A DNA stretch of 61,577 nucleotides, the filler included, from Sphacelaria rigidula (Eukaryota), in the NCBI GenBank assembly GCA_964200075.2. It is 11 parts of 11 records of this genome, joined end to end, with 100 filler letters (N's around TTAATTAATTAA, not from the genome) between each part and the next. Parts side by side here need not be neighbours in the genome. Positions count along the whole stretch, not along the records: positions 11,217 to 16,723 come from CAXNAA020026759.1; positions 16,824 to 22,330 come from CAXNAA020026760.1; positions 22,431 to 27,937 come from CAXNAA020026761.1; 8 more parts are not named here. One strand, written 5' to 3'. Both the position numbers and the translations under genes were made by a program. Numbering within the stretch: the stretch's first letter is position 1; each line of letters starts with the position of its first letter. The notes below the pieces were generated by a model, which saw nothing but the letters and a program-made list of their open reading frames with translations, made no database searches and was not told the origin of the DNA. Shown one piece after another: positions 12,824-25,968 of the stretch.

Positions 12824-12839
12824 ATTATTTAGTGCGTCG

Positions 12840-13290
12840 TTTGCCGCGGCTCTGGGAGTAAAAGTGTTACTCAGCCAATCGGGGTCTTCAAATTGTTGTG
12901 AAATTAAAAATGCGAATTCCCGACACAATTTGAACCCAATCTCATCACGAATCACACCGTGGTAAGCGCCATCAGCTAAGAATTTAACGCAAAAACATGT
13001 TTGAAAACGATTTTTATGGGATCGAGTTATACCCCAAAACGTGATATTTCGGTGACGGGTTTTGGCGTCGTCGGATTTCCACTGAATATATGCATCGAAG
13101 ACCTAGAATCCCTTTTTGACGTTTTCCTTTGTATTTGTCGTAGAAAAGCTTTGATCACCCTCAAACTTGGGAGTCTGGTAGATATGGGTGCTAAAAATGG
13201 GGGAGGGGGGGAAGAAAGTCTTCGAGGAATGCGAGTATTTCAAAGTTCATCCGCTCTCTACCAGCTTCCGAGGGTCCCAGCGTGAAAATC
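12840..13290 (-). repeat. Unclassified dispersed non-coding repeat, copy C (reverse, more diverged)
   Basis: Reverse complement of parts of 4430-4968 (TTTGGCGTCGTC, CCTCAAACTTGG, TTCCGAGGGTCCCAGC). Confidence 0.65.
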
Positions 13291-16135
13291 CCACAAGCCG
13301 GTACAGATTGCCTCAAAAAAAAAAATCAAGAATTGACTCGCCCGGAGGTGGTCAAAGAAACCTTTGTATGTACTTTCGTCGCGTAACTCCGAAAGCTGAT
13401 CCCAAACAGTCGATGCATGCTCAAGCGCACAAGAACAACGTGGATAGCGACTTATAATCGAGTAAATAGCGACTTCCCATGCGTTTTTTTTTAGTTGGAC
13501 CCTGAAATTTTGCACACAGGCGCTCTGGAAAATTCGGAAACTCCGTTTGAATTGGTTTTTAATTCCTCTCTTTATCGCCTAGTGTCCGGGGTCGGGAATT
13601 TTTTCTGGGACCCCGGATATCTGGTTATAAAAACAACGAAATTAAAAACCCACTAATGCAGAGGTTTGCCCCGAGCACCCGTGTACAGAATTTCAGGGTC
13701 TTGACTAGAAAAAACGGCATGAGAAATCACTGGGGAGTAAGTTTTGGTCGTTCATCCTGAATCTGCTTGTATGTTTGTATACACTGCACTTGACACAAAT
13801 TATCTGCTATCTGCTCTCCACTTGTCCCACGGCTATGATTGACGATGATAGGGGGAGGAGAAACAAGGGGTGATGCGACTCCTCCTGTGGATACTTGATG
13901 TGAAGACAGACGTCGGAGGATAACTTGGGGCTGGCTCATGGCGGTAACCTTGGGAGGGCGCTCAAGGGGGCGGTTGGTGGCACCGGAGGTTTCCCGTGGT
14001 TGATTGTGACGATATTTGTTCACTGTTCCTATGTTCGGCCGGAAGTATTGAAGGAATGCCCTTGCCGTAATTTTCACGCACCACGATTTTGAGGTTCTAT
14101 CAGGGGCATTCACCCGGCAGTTGGGATACTATTTGTTGCTTGTGCGCTTTACCGTCCGTGTGGAGAAGTCGTGCATTTTGCTGGGCATTCGATAGATGAC
14201 CATGTAGCGGTATTATTCCTCACCTTTCGTTTTTATTTTTGCTGTTGCCTGACATCCTTTATTTATTTGTTGTGGAGTGATTGGTACGTCAGTGTGTGTG
14301 TGTGTTTAGATGCGCTGACTTTGAATTCATGCGTAAGGATGGAGTGTACTGTCTGTCGTACCTCTGTCTTTTTGTCACGGGATATGCTTATGCCTGAGCT
14401 GTAACTGCACAGCGAAAATGTAGGGTTTTACAGGTACCCAGCGCCCAACGTTTTGATTATTTCGAAGCTGTCGAAGATACATATTTTTATTCCGTTTTTT
14501 TTTCCCTGTTATTTTCCCGAGCCCTCGCGACGATACCCCCAGTGAAGAAAGGGTGCGAATCGTGAGCAGGGTACGAACGCTGGAGGCACGTTATCTCCTG
14601 TGCGGCAAGATACAGTGCGTGATACACAAGAAAATAAGGAAGTTCGGCCCACTCATGCTGCGGAAGTAACCGCAGAGCAACCGCGAGAGCCCGGGTAGTA
14701 GAATTTCGATCCCTGCGAGTAGATGTTGGTTCACGGTCGTCACACTGTCTTTTTATATGTAACGGTGCTGTAGGTGGCAGCTATCGGCGAAGGGCGTACT
14801 GCACCGCGACTACGTTTTCCCCCTGGTTTGACGTGAGGTAGGAGTACCTGTCGAGAGTAGGCAGACACGAGAAAGAAATGTGTGTATGTGTGCGTGTGTG
14901 TAAATTGTTGGGGGTACGATGTGATTTTGTTGCTGAGAGTGGGATGATTTTTTTGTGTTCGTTCTGAGTGTGGGTGGGACAGGCGCACTTGTTTGTCTCG
15001 GATTTTTTGGAGGTTTTCGGTCGGGTGATCTTGTCTTGTCTGCTAATGTTGGTGATTTGCTCCTTGTTGCGAGAATTAAAATACTTTTATTTCATCATCC
15101 TGCGGTGTGACTACTATATTAACATGATATCCAACAAGAGGAACCAGTGACGAGCAGTACTGATTTCACGCGGAGAGTCGGGGACGGTGCACATCCAAGT
15201 TTCAGTCCTCGTGATGTCCGAACTTGATTTGAATCATTTGCGTCAAATGTATGCTGCGGGCCTCGCTTCGTTTTTTTATCCAGTCGGCCCACACTGAGGC
15301 TAGGTGTAGTAGCGTTACAATAGCGTCAAGGCCTTCATTTAATCCTTGGAGAACACTGTAGAATCTCTGTGGCGGGCCCTTCATAGCCGAGTTTGGCCCA
15401 CGCGGTAGCTCCGTTGCCAACGACGCCCCATGGCATCGCTCATGTGCCACAGCAAGCCTACCGTACCTCCGACTTGTCTCTTGTCGACATGTCAATTTAT
15501 GGTCTTGCGACTTCAGCTATAATAGCGTATCAAGTATGATGGCACATTCACGTCAGGGGTGGGGGGGCAGCAGCGACTAGAAAGCTATCCCTGCCGCTTA
15601 GTGATGGCAACTGTGACCTACTGGCCGTTTTTTTCTCTTCCGTATCTTGATCCTTCCTCCTTCCGATGGAGGGCAGCTGTCGTGGCATTAACTCCACCTT
15701 CTTGCGCGCAGCATTTGTTATGCTTGTTGGTGCACGCGCCAATCGGCGGTTGACCACGTTGGAACGATATTTCGCTAGGTCATCCTTCCGTCGCTTGGCG
15801 TTTGCTTCGCGCTCACGCTCTGCAACACGTCTCCTATAACAAGGGCCGATTTCCTGAGCGAAAATGCACATCAAATGAAACGCATGGGAGTAACGATACA
15901 CTGAGATGAACGCGCGTGAACTCATGAAGACCCGACTTATATCTTAGGTTTTCGTGTAGCTTGGGTATTTCAGTCGAGGAGCATATTCGCGTCCTTGATC
16001 ATGTCGGAATGGCCAAGGGAGGAGTTGTGGCTGAACACGCCGTCCAAGTCACATACCAATTTACCGATGATTTTCATCTGCAAACCTACGCAGGTACTAC
16101 TCAGCAGCTTGTGCTGACAAGAGTCAAGCACATCC

Positions 16136-16399
16136 AACAATGTTTCGTGAGATTGAGAGTAGAGGATACGATTGAGGGTGAAAAGCGGTCGATTAGTGAA
16201 TGAATCGTTCCTGTTCCGAAATGCATCTCCACGAGGCCCTTGATATCCCTGAGTAGGATATCGACGTGTAGCTGTAAGCACACGCTAGTGGTGGAGGCAA
16301 ATAAAAGCACACATGGAATAAAAAAATGGCGAAGTCAAAGGGAATGATCAAAGCCACTCTCAATCAGCGCTCTACCCTCAATCTCGCGAAAATGTTGTT
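16136..16399. mobile_element. MITE family A (AACA...TGTT termini, 4-bp TSD ATCC)
   Basis: ~40-bp TIR containing GTGAGATTGAGAGTAGA; ATCC at 16132-16135 and 16400-16403; partial copies at contig starts 11217-11283 and 50466-50532. Confidence 0.8.
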
Positions 16400-17469
16400 A
16401 TCCACGGAAGAAAATATGGCAGCTTTCACTTCACCTCAAGCGTACGTCGTGTAGCGTCTTGCCAATACTTGACAGCCTTGAAGTATTCGGCCCTCGAGTT
16501 TCCGCCATAGCGATAAAAGTCCTGTGTGTAATGTATACGTACACGACACCAACGGAGTCAGGTGAACATGCGCACACCCCAGTCATGAAAAAAACAGTAG
16601 CACACACATGATAAAAACCTCGAAATAAAAAATCGAAAATGTCCCAAACATTCCCCATGCAAGTACTGCTGTCCAGGACGCGAGCACAGCAAACGAAGTG
16701 TATATCGGGTGCCCCCCCCCCCCNNNNNNNNNNNNNNNNNNNNNNNNNNNNNNNNNNNNNNNNNNNNTTAATTAATTAANNNNNNNNNNNNNNNNNNNNN
16801 NNNNNNNNNNNNNNNNNNNNNNNAGAACTGCATGGCATAACGACACCCCTCATCGGGGGGGTTCACCCCCCACCCCCCACTTCTCGGGACCAGTGTGCAT
16901 GGGATTTGCACAGCAGAAGAAGCCGTTCGAAATAGATCCTTTTTTCGCTCATTTCAAAAATGGGCGAAAAAAGAATCGATCTTGAACAGCTTTTTCTTTT
17001 GTTAGAAATAGATCCTTTTTATTGCCGAAAGAAATTGGGCGAAAAAAGGATCTGTTTTGAATAGCTTGTCCTGCTGTCCAAAATAAATTATTTTTCGCTC
17101 TATTTAAATCGGGTGAAGAGGAATTCACCTCGAACAGGAAGACAAGCTATTGAAAATATATAAATTTACAGACTCTTTACCAACATATTCGGAATAAAAA
17201 AAAAAAAACGTCAGGGTCTTTTACCAAAATACGACCACATGACTGTGCAGGGCTTTGCCGACAAGCCCGCACAGGGCTGTAAACCCAACCCTGGGGAAAT
17301 CCGTATCAAACCGCTACGAGGGGTACAAGTTTGGATTTTCCCTGACAGGGTTTTTTCACAAAGACTGTGAAGGACCCTGTACGGACCCTGCACAGTGCGC
17401 CCCACAAGGTGCTATCTGTCCACGGGTGAAGACGATTGGGTTTAACCCCATTCAGGATATTGATACAAC

Positions 17470-20400
17470 GATGACGACGGCTACTATGACAATGACCCCG
17501 GAGGCGACCGTATCCGTCACCACAAGAGCGGAGAAGGGCCACGCCGATCACATCCCTCATGCCAGAGGAATAACCGAGAGGGTGGTCACGATTCATCGAC
17601 TTCTTCGTCGGGAAAACCCCGAAATTACATCGACCGCGTCCTGCCTCCACCACAGGCGAATCCGGAGTTTACAAGGCGCTCATCGCCCGAATGGCCGATG
17701 TCTCAGTATATCATTTGGGTATTTAACCGATGTCACGGTACAGCAGCGCTTTGAGAACCCCGACTGTGTTGACGGTTGGCAGACCCCACTGCACAATGCA
17801 CTGCACCGTTCAATCAGCCGCCGTTCGCCCGATGTTGCCGTTTCTTTGACGCAGAATATCGACACCTTCTTTACCTCGATGAATCAAGATCGTACCGGCG
17901 GGAAAACAGCGCCAGTTCTGTTCGCTAATCTGGGAAGGATTCTCTCAAGGTACTTTAATACGAGCGATCTGCAAGGCTCAATAAAATGCCTTAGTTTGTT
18001 TTCAGTGCCGTCGGATGTTCCCTTTGCAGAATAACTGCACGCTTTTATGCACTTGATTTCTACTGCCACCGGTAGTGGACGCCGAAACTGGTCCAGCGAT
18101 GCCATATCAGACGTAAAATCGTAACAGCGTTGCTCAGCAGTTCCCCACGCTGATGCCGTCATTGTTTCCTGGTGTCTTGGCACACAAGAAGGTGCCTTGC
18201 GCCTCTGTAGACGTGATAGGAACAACATTCAACATGTTTCCGTGAGATTGAGAGTAGAGCGCGATTGAGAATGGATCCCATCATTTGATTTAAGTTGACC
18301 AGTTTTTCATTTTGTGTGTACTTTTCTCTGCTTTTAGTACTGGCGTGTGCTTACACGTTCACGTCCGTATCCTCCTGAGGGATATCAAGGGCTTCAGTGG
18401 CAAGGCACTACAGAACGCGTATCGGACCTTGTGGCGGGTCGTTTCTAAACTGAAATTATTTATTCATAAATTGACCGTCTCTCGCCCTTAATCCTCTCCT
18501 CTACTCTCAATCTCACTCAAACACTGTCATTTGTAGATCAGAGGAGTAATATCACACCTGCCATTCGTGGTACACCCTGTCCTTCCGGGTCTTCACAGCC
18601 TTTGACTGCCCCTTCCGCGACCACCCCCCGGTCTCGTGGACGGAACTCGACTTCGTCTGGTAGTACATGGACACCCGTCTCTGCAGGCGGGTCGGTCATG
18701 AATGTCAAGGGTAAGAACGATTCGTTTCGTGCGAGCTTTGATGCTTGGCCTCACTCCGCAGAAACTTGGAACAATGGTTACATTTTTTCGACAACAGCGT
18801 TTATTTTAGATAGCCCACACTTGTGAACTCCGTTGCGTTCACCTCCAGCTCGACGTGACGCTTTTCCCCGCCACGCTAATACTTGTGTCCATTGTAATAG
18901 ATATGGCGGAGTATGCATAACTGTGCCGATACCTGTATCAACACTTTCGAGTTACAGGACAATGAGCCAGCGTGGCGCCGATGGCAAAAACGCATACTCG
19001 ATTACCGTACACCTGTTCATAGTTCTCGCCAACGCTTCAACAACTGCGGCACACTCGCTCAAATCGCGTCTGCCGTCACAACAATAATAACAATTCTGGT
19101 TCCCGCCGAGGAGATGGTTCTTCTCGCCACCACCAGAATCCCGCTGATGGACACCAGCGCACGGAACCGACTCAAGATAACTCGAACCCCAACTCTAAAA
19201 AATAACTGGCTCATTTCTGACTGATCGTACTGATCCATGACGCGCCGACGCTGGTATTTGAGCGCCTTCGGCGCCGTTGACAGCATATACGAAGACCACT
19301 GCAACACAACACGCGGAACAAGTGACAGCACTTCCTCAGTCGGCTTCCCCGGCACTACGTAGGAGCCCTAATGACAGCCGTTCAGTTCAACCCCGTCCTC
19401 ATCCCTCCACACACAGCGTGACTGTTATATTGACTCACCATCCAGCTCAACGCTTAGGTCTGGACTTGGTTCTCCTGAGCGAAGTGGATATCTGAGGTGT
19501 GGGAGCACCAACCGCCCGCCCCTGGGGCGAAGGCTTCCCTCAGCGACCGCACGCACAGGCGGTAATAGACTTCCTTCGTCTGGCTCAAGTGTGGCTGGTC
19601 TGAAATTAACCACTTCGGGTAATGCGACATCCAGCCAGCGTGATCGAGCTCGTTCCTTGCCTTCATTACACCGCGCGAAGCTACCCCTGAATGATTCTCA
19701 CAACAACCACTCCAATTTACACTCGGCTATGATTCCTCAACCAAGGTTGTCAGCGGACAGACCACAAGCTTCAGCAGGGCATGCCCCAATGCTGACACCA
19801 TCCCCTCAACTCGACGTACTTGTGGTTTCCGAAAATACTTTTTGAAAAGTCATCCGCCCTATGTCACGGCGGGTTAGGAAGTCCCCTCAAGATACCTCCA
19901 AGGAAGCGCGCGCATTAAAGCATACACATCTCTCTCTCGAGCGGAAAACGTCGAACTCATTCCCTCCAAAATGCGACGACTCTGAGCTCGATAGCTTTAT
20001 CAGGCGTAACAGAATAATCAAAACCGGATATCTCTGACGTTACCGCCCCCTCAATTGACGACCCTAGCACAAAACAGCATGGACCCACTTTAGACTCCGA
20101 TCCCTATCTTCCCAATATGGTCATCCATGAAATGGCTGATGAACAGTTGAGCTGTGCTACACCTAGGAATCGCATATCACCTTCCATATATTCTGGTGAG
20201 ACATCTAACCCACCGCCGGATCACCCGCCGTCCGTTTTTGCTGCCAGCCCGTTTGAGCCCGACCGATTCACCTTGTCTCAACATGGTCCAGATCTTGTCG
20301 ACGGTCAAGTGTCCGTCGATCCTGCTACATATACTACTCGCATGGCGATTCATTGTGGTCCCTACGCCACCACGTGTTGAGAGTGTATCCTTGTTGGAAA

Positions 20401-22216
20401 GTGACAGCCCACATTCATTCATGAATCAATGTGGGAACACATGAAATGGATCGGCGCTGCTCCAGCGCTTTGTGAAACCACCACCCAGCCTCGTGTATGG
20501 GGAGGTTTCCGTGACTCCACTCCACCTTTGACTACACGACAATCTGTGCGTCTCAGTGTGCAATCCTTTCAAGCACAACTCGTTCTGCCAGCCTTGCAGT
20601 CTGGGCATATATTGTCCCCAACAGCACCATAAGCCACACATTTCTACTGGGCAAAGATATTTACATCCACCGCAAGCTACCACCATCATCGCCACAGTCC
20701 GCGCCTCATGGAGACCTCAGTCTTGAACACTCTAGTACAATTAATCTCGCCTTGACCTACCAAAAACTGATCCAGCTACCGGAGCCGCGCACCACCTACG
20801 ATACGATGGTAGTGCTGATGTTAGTCTCTCCGATGATCCTCCACTGCTAGAATTTGCGCTCGTTCGCCGAAATTGCATGCCTGCCCTTACGGTATATTAT
20901 TTCGTCGAAATGCTTCGTCGGGTTGGTGCGCCTGCTGGCACCGAGCACATCGTCCCTACAGGAAACAACTCCTACCCCTCAAGGACCATGCTAACTTGGA
21001 ACCTGGTAATGTTTTGGGCATCGCCGCTGCGCCCTTAATGTACATTCCGCTCGGGACATGTCTTACTGAACCCCCGGCGCCCAACCCTGTGCCTCCGATC
21101 GACTACTCTGCCTTTTACGTCGATGAGCCTTATTCCGACTTAACCTCTTCGTCTCCATCACATGTTCACACCGTGGACCCTCCCGCTACCCTCCGACCCT
21201 CGTGGACAAGTGCTTCACCGGATATCACCGGAGTCTCGGAATAGTTTCTTGCGAATGTGGCACCAACTTTCCCCCCATTCGCGTGGCATTAATTTGACGT
21301 TCAGGGGCCCGGGTGGAAACCCGTTGTAATCCAAGAGTTACGTCTTACTGGAATACTAAGATCCGTTTTCTCGATCCAAGACAGATCTTGGGCATTGTGA
21401 AATATTGCCCCTTGAAATTACACTTCGATCTGGCGTTTCGCCTTCTCGACCGTACCAGACAAACCCTTACTTGAAACGTCGATGCTTTCTCGGACGCCTA
21501 CTGAGGAGCAGGCTGAATCCAATACTCCTCTTCCCCATGGGCTTTGCCATTCGTGGTCGTCCCTCAACAGGATTGAAACATACGCATCACCGTTGATTAT
21601 AAACAGCTGAACCGGGTCACCGTCGTGGGAAACTCCCATTCCCCGCATCAATGACATCTTCGATTCCTTCGACCTTACATCTGGATTTTTTCAGAATGCT
21701 ATCCACCCTAACATTGCCCCATCGACAGCGTCCCGTGCATCTTCCGGGCTTTATGAATGGCTTCGTACGCCACAAGGCAACCCCGCTGCGCAAGGTTGCT
21801 TTCATGCAACGCGTCACAGACGGTCTTGAGCACGTCAACATGTACAAGTGTTTTCTCGCTTACAGACGCAAGACTTGAAGCTGCCCTCACCCAAAGCCCA
21901 TCTTAGCGCGACTGAATTGGATTTCCGAGGACATCCGATTTCCCCAGCGGGCCTACACCCAGATACCAACAAAGTCAGGGCAAGGACTGAAGTACCGATG
22001 CCCATCAACATTTCTCAGCTTCGCTCACTGTTAGGTGAACACTCCTACTATCCCGAATTCCTGCCAATTATGTCCAAACGGATTCGCCCCCTTACATATT
22101 TACTCGAGAAAAATGCCGCGTTTATCTTCACTGACATAGACGTTATCGTTCGCGATTCGCAAAAACCGCTTTCCGAAAAATCGGTTCTCTGTTTTCCCGA
22201 CTGGGATGCGGTGTAA
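17470..22216 (+). mobile_element. Heavily decayed Ty3/Gypsy retrotransposon (gag, zinc knuckle, protease, partial RT)
   Basis: gag region colinear with 59577-61490; broken CxxC knuckle at ~18884-18924; protease-like LLESDSPHSF at ~20390-20420; RT remnants (PIPRINDIFDS; LDFRGHPISPAGLHPDTNKV...SQLRSLLGEHSYY...LCFPDWD at 21848-22216); the YxDD segment appears deleted. Confidence 0.8.
18231..18528. mobile_element. MITE family A copy inserted in gag
   Basis: Same TIR as 16136-16399, opposite orientation; flanks ATTC/ATTT; the homologous gag at ~60700-60730 lacks it. Confidence 0.8.
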
Positions 22217-22534
22217 TGCGTGAGAAGACAGCGTGCTTAGATGACCGCATCGGAATCTAAACATCCCTATGGTTGGGGTTAGGGTTACCGTTAGGGTTAG
22301 CGTTAGGGTTATACGCGTAGGGTATCTCACNNNNNNNNNNNNNNNNNNNNNNNNNNNNNNNNNNNNNNNNNNNNTTAATTAATTAANNNNNNNNNNNNNN
22401 NNNNNNNNNNNNNNNNNNNNNNNNNNNNNNAAGATTTTAATCCTCCGGGTTCTCATCCTCAATCAAAAGCACCATCCTCAACATAGATGATTGGCTGTTT
22501 TCGGGGCATACTCGCCCCTCGGGTTAGGGTAAAC

Positions 22535-22869
22535 ATTCCGTACGGAACTCACAGAACTGTCGGGTAAGGGTATGGGAAGCTCACAGAACTCACAGAAACT
22601 GTCGGGTAGGGTATCGAGGTTGCATAGAAAACCGTACCGGCAAACGGGTATCTTATCAAGAGCATACCCGTGCCCCCCGGTAACGGTACGGGAGGTTTAC
22701 AGAACTCACAGAACTATCGGGTACGGGTATAAGGGTCTTACAGAGTGTACAGAACTATCGGGTACTGGTATGGAAATCTTACAGAGTGTACAGAACTGTC
22801 GGGTACGGCAAATACCCGACAAAATACCCCGGGTATACAGAAAACCGTATCCTACACAACACAACCTTG
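22535..22869 (+). repeat. Subterminal-repeat array (ACAGAACTCACAGAACTGTCGGGTA) of a probable non-autonomous DNA transposon, copy 1
   Basis: Reiterated motif; ends AACACAACCTTG; colinear with 23742-24075. Confidence 0.65.
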
Positions 22870-23463
22870 GTATTATCATCACCCCTATGGTGGGACCTAC
22901 GTCACTACAACAGTGGCGAAATACAGATGATAGTTCACGGAAACTCTGAACGCGGCTTCACGGGGTTGATAGAGAAAGACTGCACGAACAATCGCAGTAG
23001 TACAGGTGCACAGGATCGTCAACATCTATCGACTTCACCTACACTCCCAGGGAGTACATGAAGGAGCATTCACGGCTGCCCGTTCTCTGGAAGCCCTTCG
23101 GCATGCGACAAAATCGCCGACGGCCTTGACGACTTTCCGTGGCAGCTCATAGTTTGTGCTGTACATGTCGATAACGGCCTGGAGTTTGATGACCACGACA
23201 CAACTGCCATCAACGTCGATGACGTGCGTCTTGCTACTGGATCCTCAGGTGGCGCAGATGAACCACCCCCGCTCGAGCCACCACTCGAGTCTGGGGGTGC
23301 ATGATCCATCCGCCTGACGGTCTGCACGGCTGCTCATATTTCGTGTTTCTACTCAGCGGTACCTCGTAAGCTAAAGAAGTTTCAACATTGAACTATTGTT
23401 GGTGTGCAGTTTTGAATGAAGGAGTTAGATGAGTTGATCAATAGGAGGTACATGTTCAGGTCA

Positions 23464-24075
23464 TGAGGTTGTGTTTGGATTGAACCTATATCCGTACCTC
23501 CCCAAGGTATATACCTGTGCTCATACCTGCAATCGGGTATATCTATAACGGTACACCCTAACCGCGGGTAGGGGTATGGGAGGCTTACAGAGCTCACATA
23601 ACTGTCGGGAAGCGGTACTGGATCAAAGTCTTACAGAAATCACAGAACTTGTCGGGTACGGTATGGGAGGCTTACAAAAGACCGGTACCGGCAATCGGGT
23701 ATTCCTTCAAGAGCATACCCGCTCTCCGGGTACGGATGAATATTCTGTACGGAACTCACAGAACTGTCGGGTAAGGGTATAGGAAGCTCACAAAACTCAC
23801 AGAAACTGCCGGGTAGGCTATGGAGGTTGCACAGAAAACCGTACCCGCAATCAGGTATCTTATCAAGAGCGTACCCGTGCCCCCGGTAATGGTACGGGAG
23901 TCTTACAGAGATTACAGAACTATTGGGTGAGGGTATGAAAGTCTTGCAGAAATCACAGAACTATCGGGTACCGGTATTAAAGTCTTACAGAAGTCACAGA
24001 ACTGTCGGGTACGATAAATACCCGGCAACATACCCCGGGTATACAGACAACCGTACCCTACAGAACACAACCTTG
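23464..24075 (+). mobile_element. Probable non-autonomous TIR element with ACAGAACT/CGGGTA arrays, copy 2
   Basis: Possible TIR pair TGAGGTTGTGTT / AACACAACCTTG (10/12); no TSD recognisable. Confidence 0.5.
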
Positions 24076-24637
24076 GTACTTTCAATTCCCCCCCCCCCGC
24101 CGCCGCCGTCGTCGTCGACACGAGCTCATAGTTCCACTCAATCAGTAATTTTTTCTTTGGTAGTTACATTGCATTTGTATGATGATGCATTGGATTGGCA
24201 GTGACTACTACCAGCACTTCCGCAGTCCATCGATGTTCATCAAAACAAGAGTAGTGCTGGCGTCCTCACGCGGGACAAAATCAAGAAGAATTGACTCTAC
24301 TGTGGCGAGGTTGGAATTCAAAGCCCCCGCCCATTCACTCGTTGGCTTGTCGTACGGGTGAAAAGTATTTGGTTTAACGTAGAGTACACATCATTACCGT
24401 CGTTCGTTTATCCTTCCGCGATGATTTCTTCAGGGGTGGGGTTTCCTGGTGCATACACATAATATCTTGTGACCGCCTACGGCTGGATCTGTAGCGGAGC
24501 AGTTAGTGTAAGGCCGTTTATCAACGAATCACCGGTCCAGCGAAATTTTGGTAAACATGCTTGGTAAAAGTCCTGAAGGTGGATGCACTCATATGTTTTC
24601 ACGCGGACAAGTGCTGTGCGTCTCCCTCTCCACTCAC

Positions 24638-24800
24638 CGACCGTGTTGAAAGCCTTTTCCGCGATATTGCTGACGTATAGTATCGCAAAGCTGAGCCCCA
24701 ACAGCACGACTGTCACCCAGAGCGTTAGCGTTTTCCGGTGCGCTCGTTCTTTACTCGTTAATTCCAGGTTTTCCCACGAGATGTTTCCGGCCTCCGGAGC
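24638..24800 (-). CDS. Internal exon of OSCA/TMEM63 (CSC1)-like channel: APEAGNISWENL plus transmembrane helix
   Basis: TAG| acceptor, G|GTGAGT donor; encodes APEAGNISWENLELTSKERAHRKTLTLWVTVVLLGLSFAILYVSNIAEKAFNTV, matching the APEPxDIxWENL motif; phase 0 joins the 27681-27857 exon. Confidence 0.8.
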
Positions 24801-24961
24801 CTAGTATGTTACATGGTGAGGGTGGGGAGAAAAATAACCACGAGCTTAAATTTTCTGGGGAAGGAACGATACATATGTATGTACAGTACCATGTAAGGTA
24901 CGTTTCGCAATAGAGGAATGTGAGGCGGTTTGAGGTAAATGTATCATCCACGTGCCGCCGC

Positions 24962-25265
24962 GCCCCGGTGGTGTAATGGTCCGACTGTCGCCAATAGGAT
25001 GGAGAGAACGGAGGTTCGATTCCCGGTGCGTTGGGTTTTTTCTTCGTAGCGTATGATTTCCACCGTGGAAAGCATGAAAACGTGAGTAAACAAAAGTAAT
25101 CGACTGGATTTGTGTGACGTGAGTTGACGCGGTGCGGGAGTGCTGATCCAATCCGCGAGATCAAAATGAAAGGCACGTACCGGGGGAGATATGGGTTGAT
25201 CCCTTGAGACCACGGATTCATCCCGAGAAAGGCGAGAGGTTCAAAGTGTGAGGAAAACAAAAAAA
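24962..25265 (+). mobile_element. tRNA-derived SINE, full length (~300 bp)
   Basis: Pol III A box TGGTGTAATGG (24969-24979), B box GGTTCGATTCCC (25013-25024), A-rich tail; several dispersed copies. Confidence 0.85.
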
Positions 25266-25968
25266 GCGATGCTGCTCACAGCACGGCACCGTACGGCACT
25301 GAGCAGCTACGCCGCATACACAGGTGATCGAGAGCACCCACAAGATGAGCAACATTCTCTGTAAAATCGGTTGGACAACGCTTCCAGGTTGCCTAGCAAT
25401 TCTTCTACTGCACTTTCAGACGGTAGTCAAATGGTACTGCATTCGAATGTATTTTCTATCAGTTTCCATATTCGGGAAACAATGAAACAGCTGCTCGCTT
25501 GAGACGAGAAAGGAGGAAGGAAGCAACACAAAACGGATTATAGATCAGATTTCATTACTCAAACTTATGGCAACAGTTTTCGGTTGTCGAAAAACAAGGC
25601 AGCACCTTGTGCTAATGGCAGTCGGATTGAGTGACTAACGGAAACGCTTCGCTCCGCAATTGTACTGCCCAGGCTCGAGCTGTTCGTATTCGGCAGCCAG
25701 CAGAAAAACGACAAGGCAGCGAGCTAAACTATGCACGATAGGTGTCGTCAGTTGATCCTCCGAATCGATGCCATGCTTCAACAACGAAGCTTTTGGTATC
25801 TCTACTGGAAGCGCATTTCCGCATGAAATCCAACGACACAGGAACGCCTGGATGGGTGTGCATGGGCGAAGCATTTTTGAGTCCTGCAGGTGCGTGTATA
25901 GCGAAGGAAAATAGGCTTCTAAAACTTTCGAGGAAGTGAGATATATCGATGGGTTTTATCGGCTGATC

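Noticed and set aside
15202..15925. Protein-like minus-strand ORFs (97 and 125 aa)
   Set aside because: No recognisable domain or splice model.
22535..24075. CRISPR-like regularly spaced repeats (ACAGAACTGTCGGGTA)
   Set aside because: Units are degenerate, the intervening sequences resemble each other, there are no cas genes, and the context is eukaryotic; these are transposon subterminal arrays.
24210..24575. Further exon(s) of the OSCA-like gene
   Set aside because: Candidate acceptors lead to stops in the required phase.
24962..25035. tRNA gene (also ~51740-51810 minus)
   Set aside because: A and B boxes are present but there is no convincing cloverleaf, and the head is always attached to the same ~230-bp body and tail; it is a SINE head.
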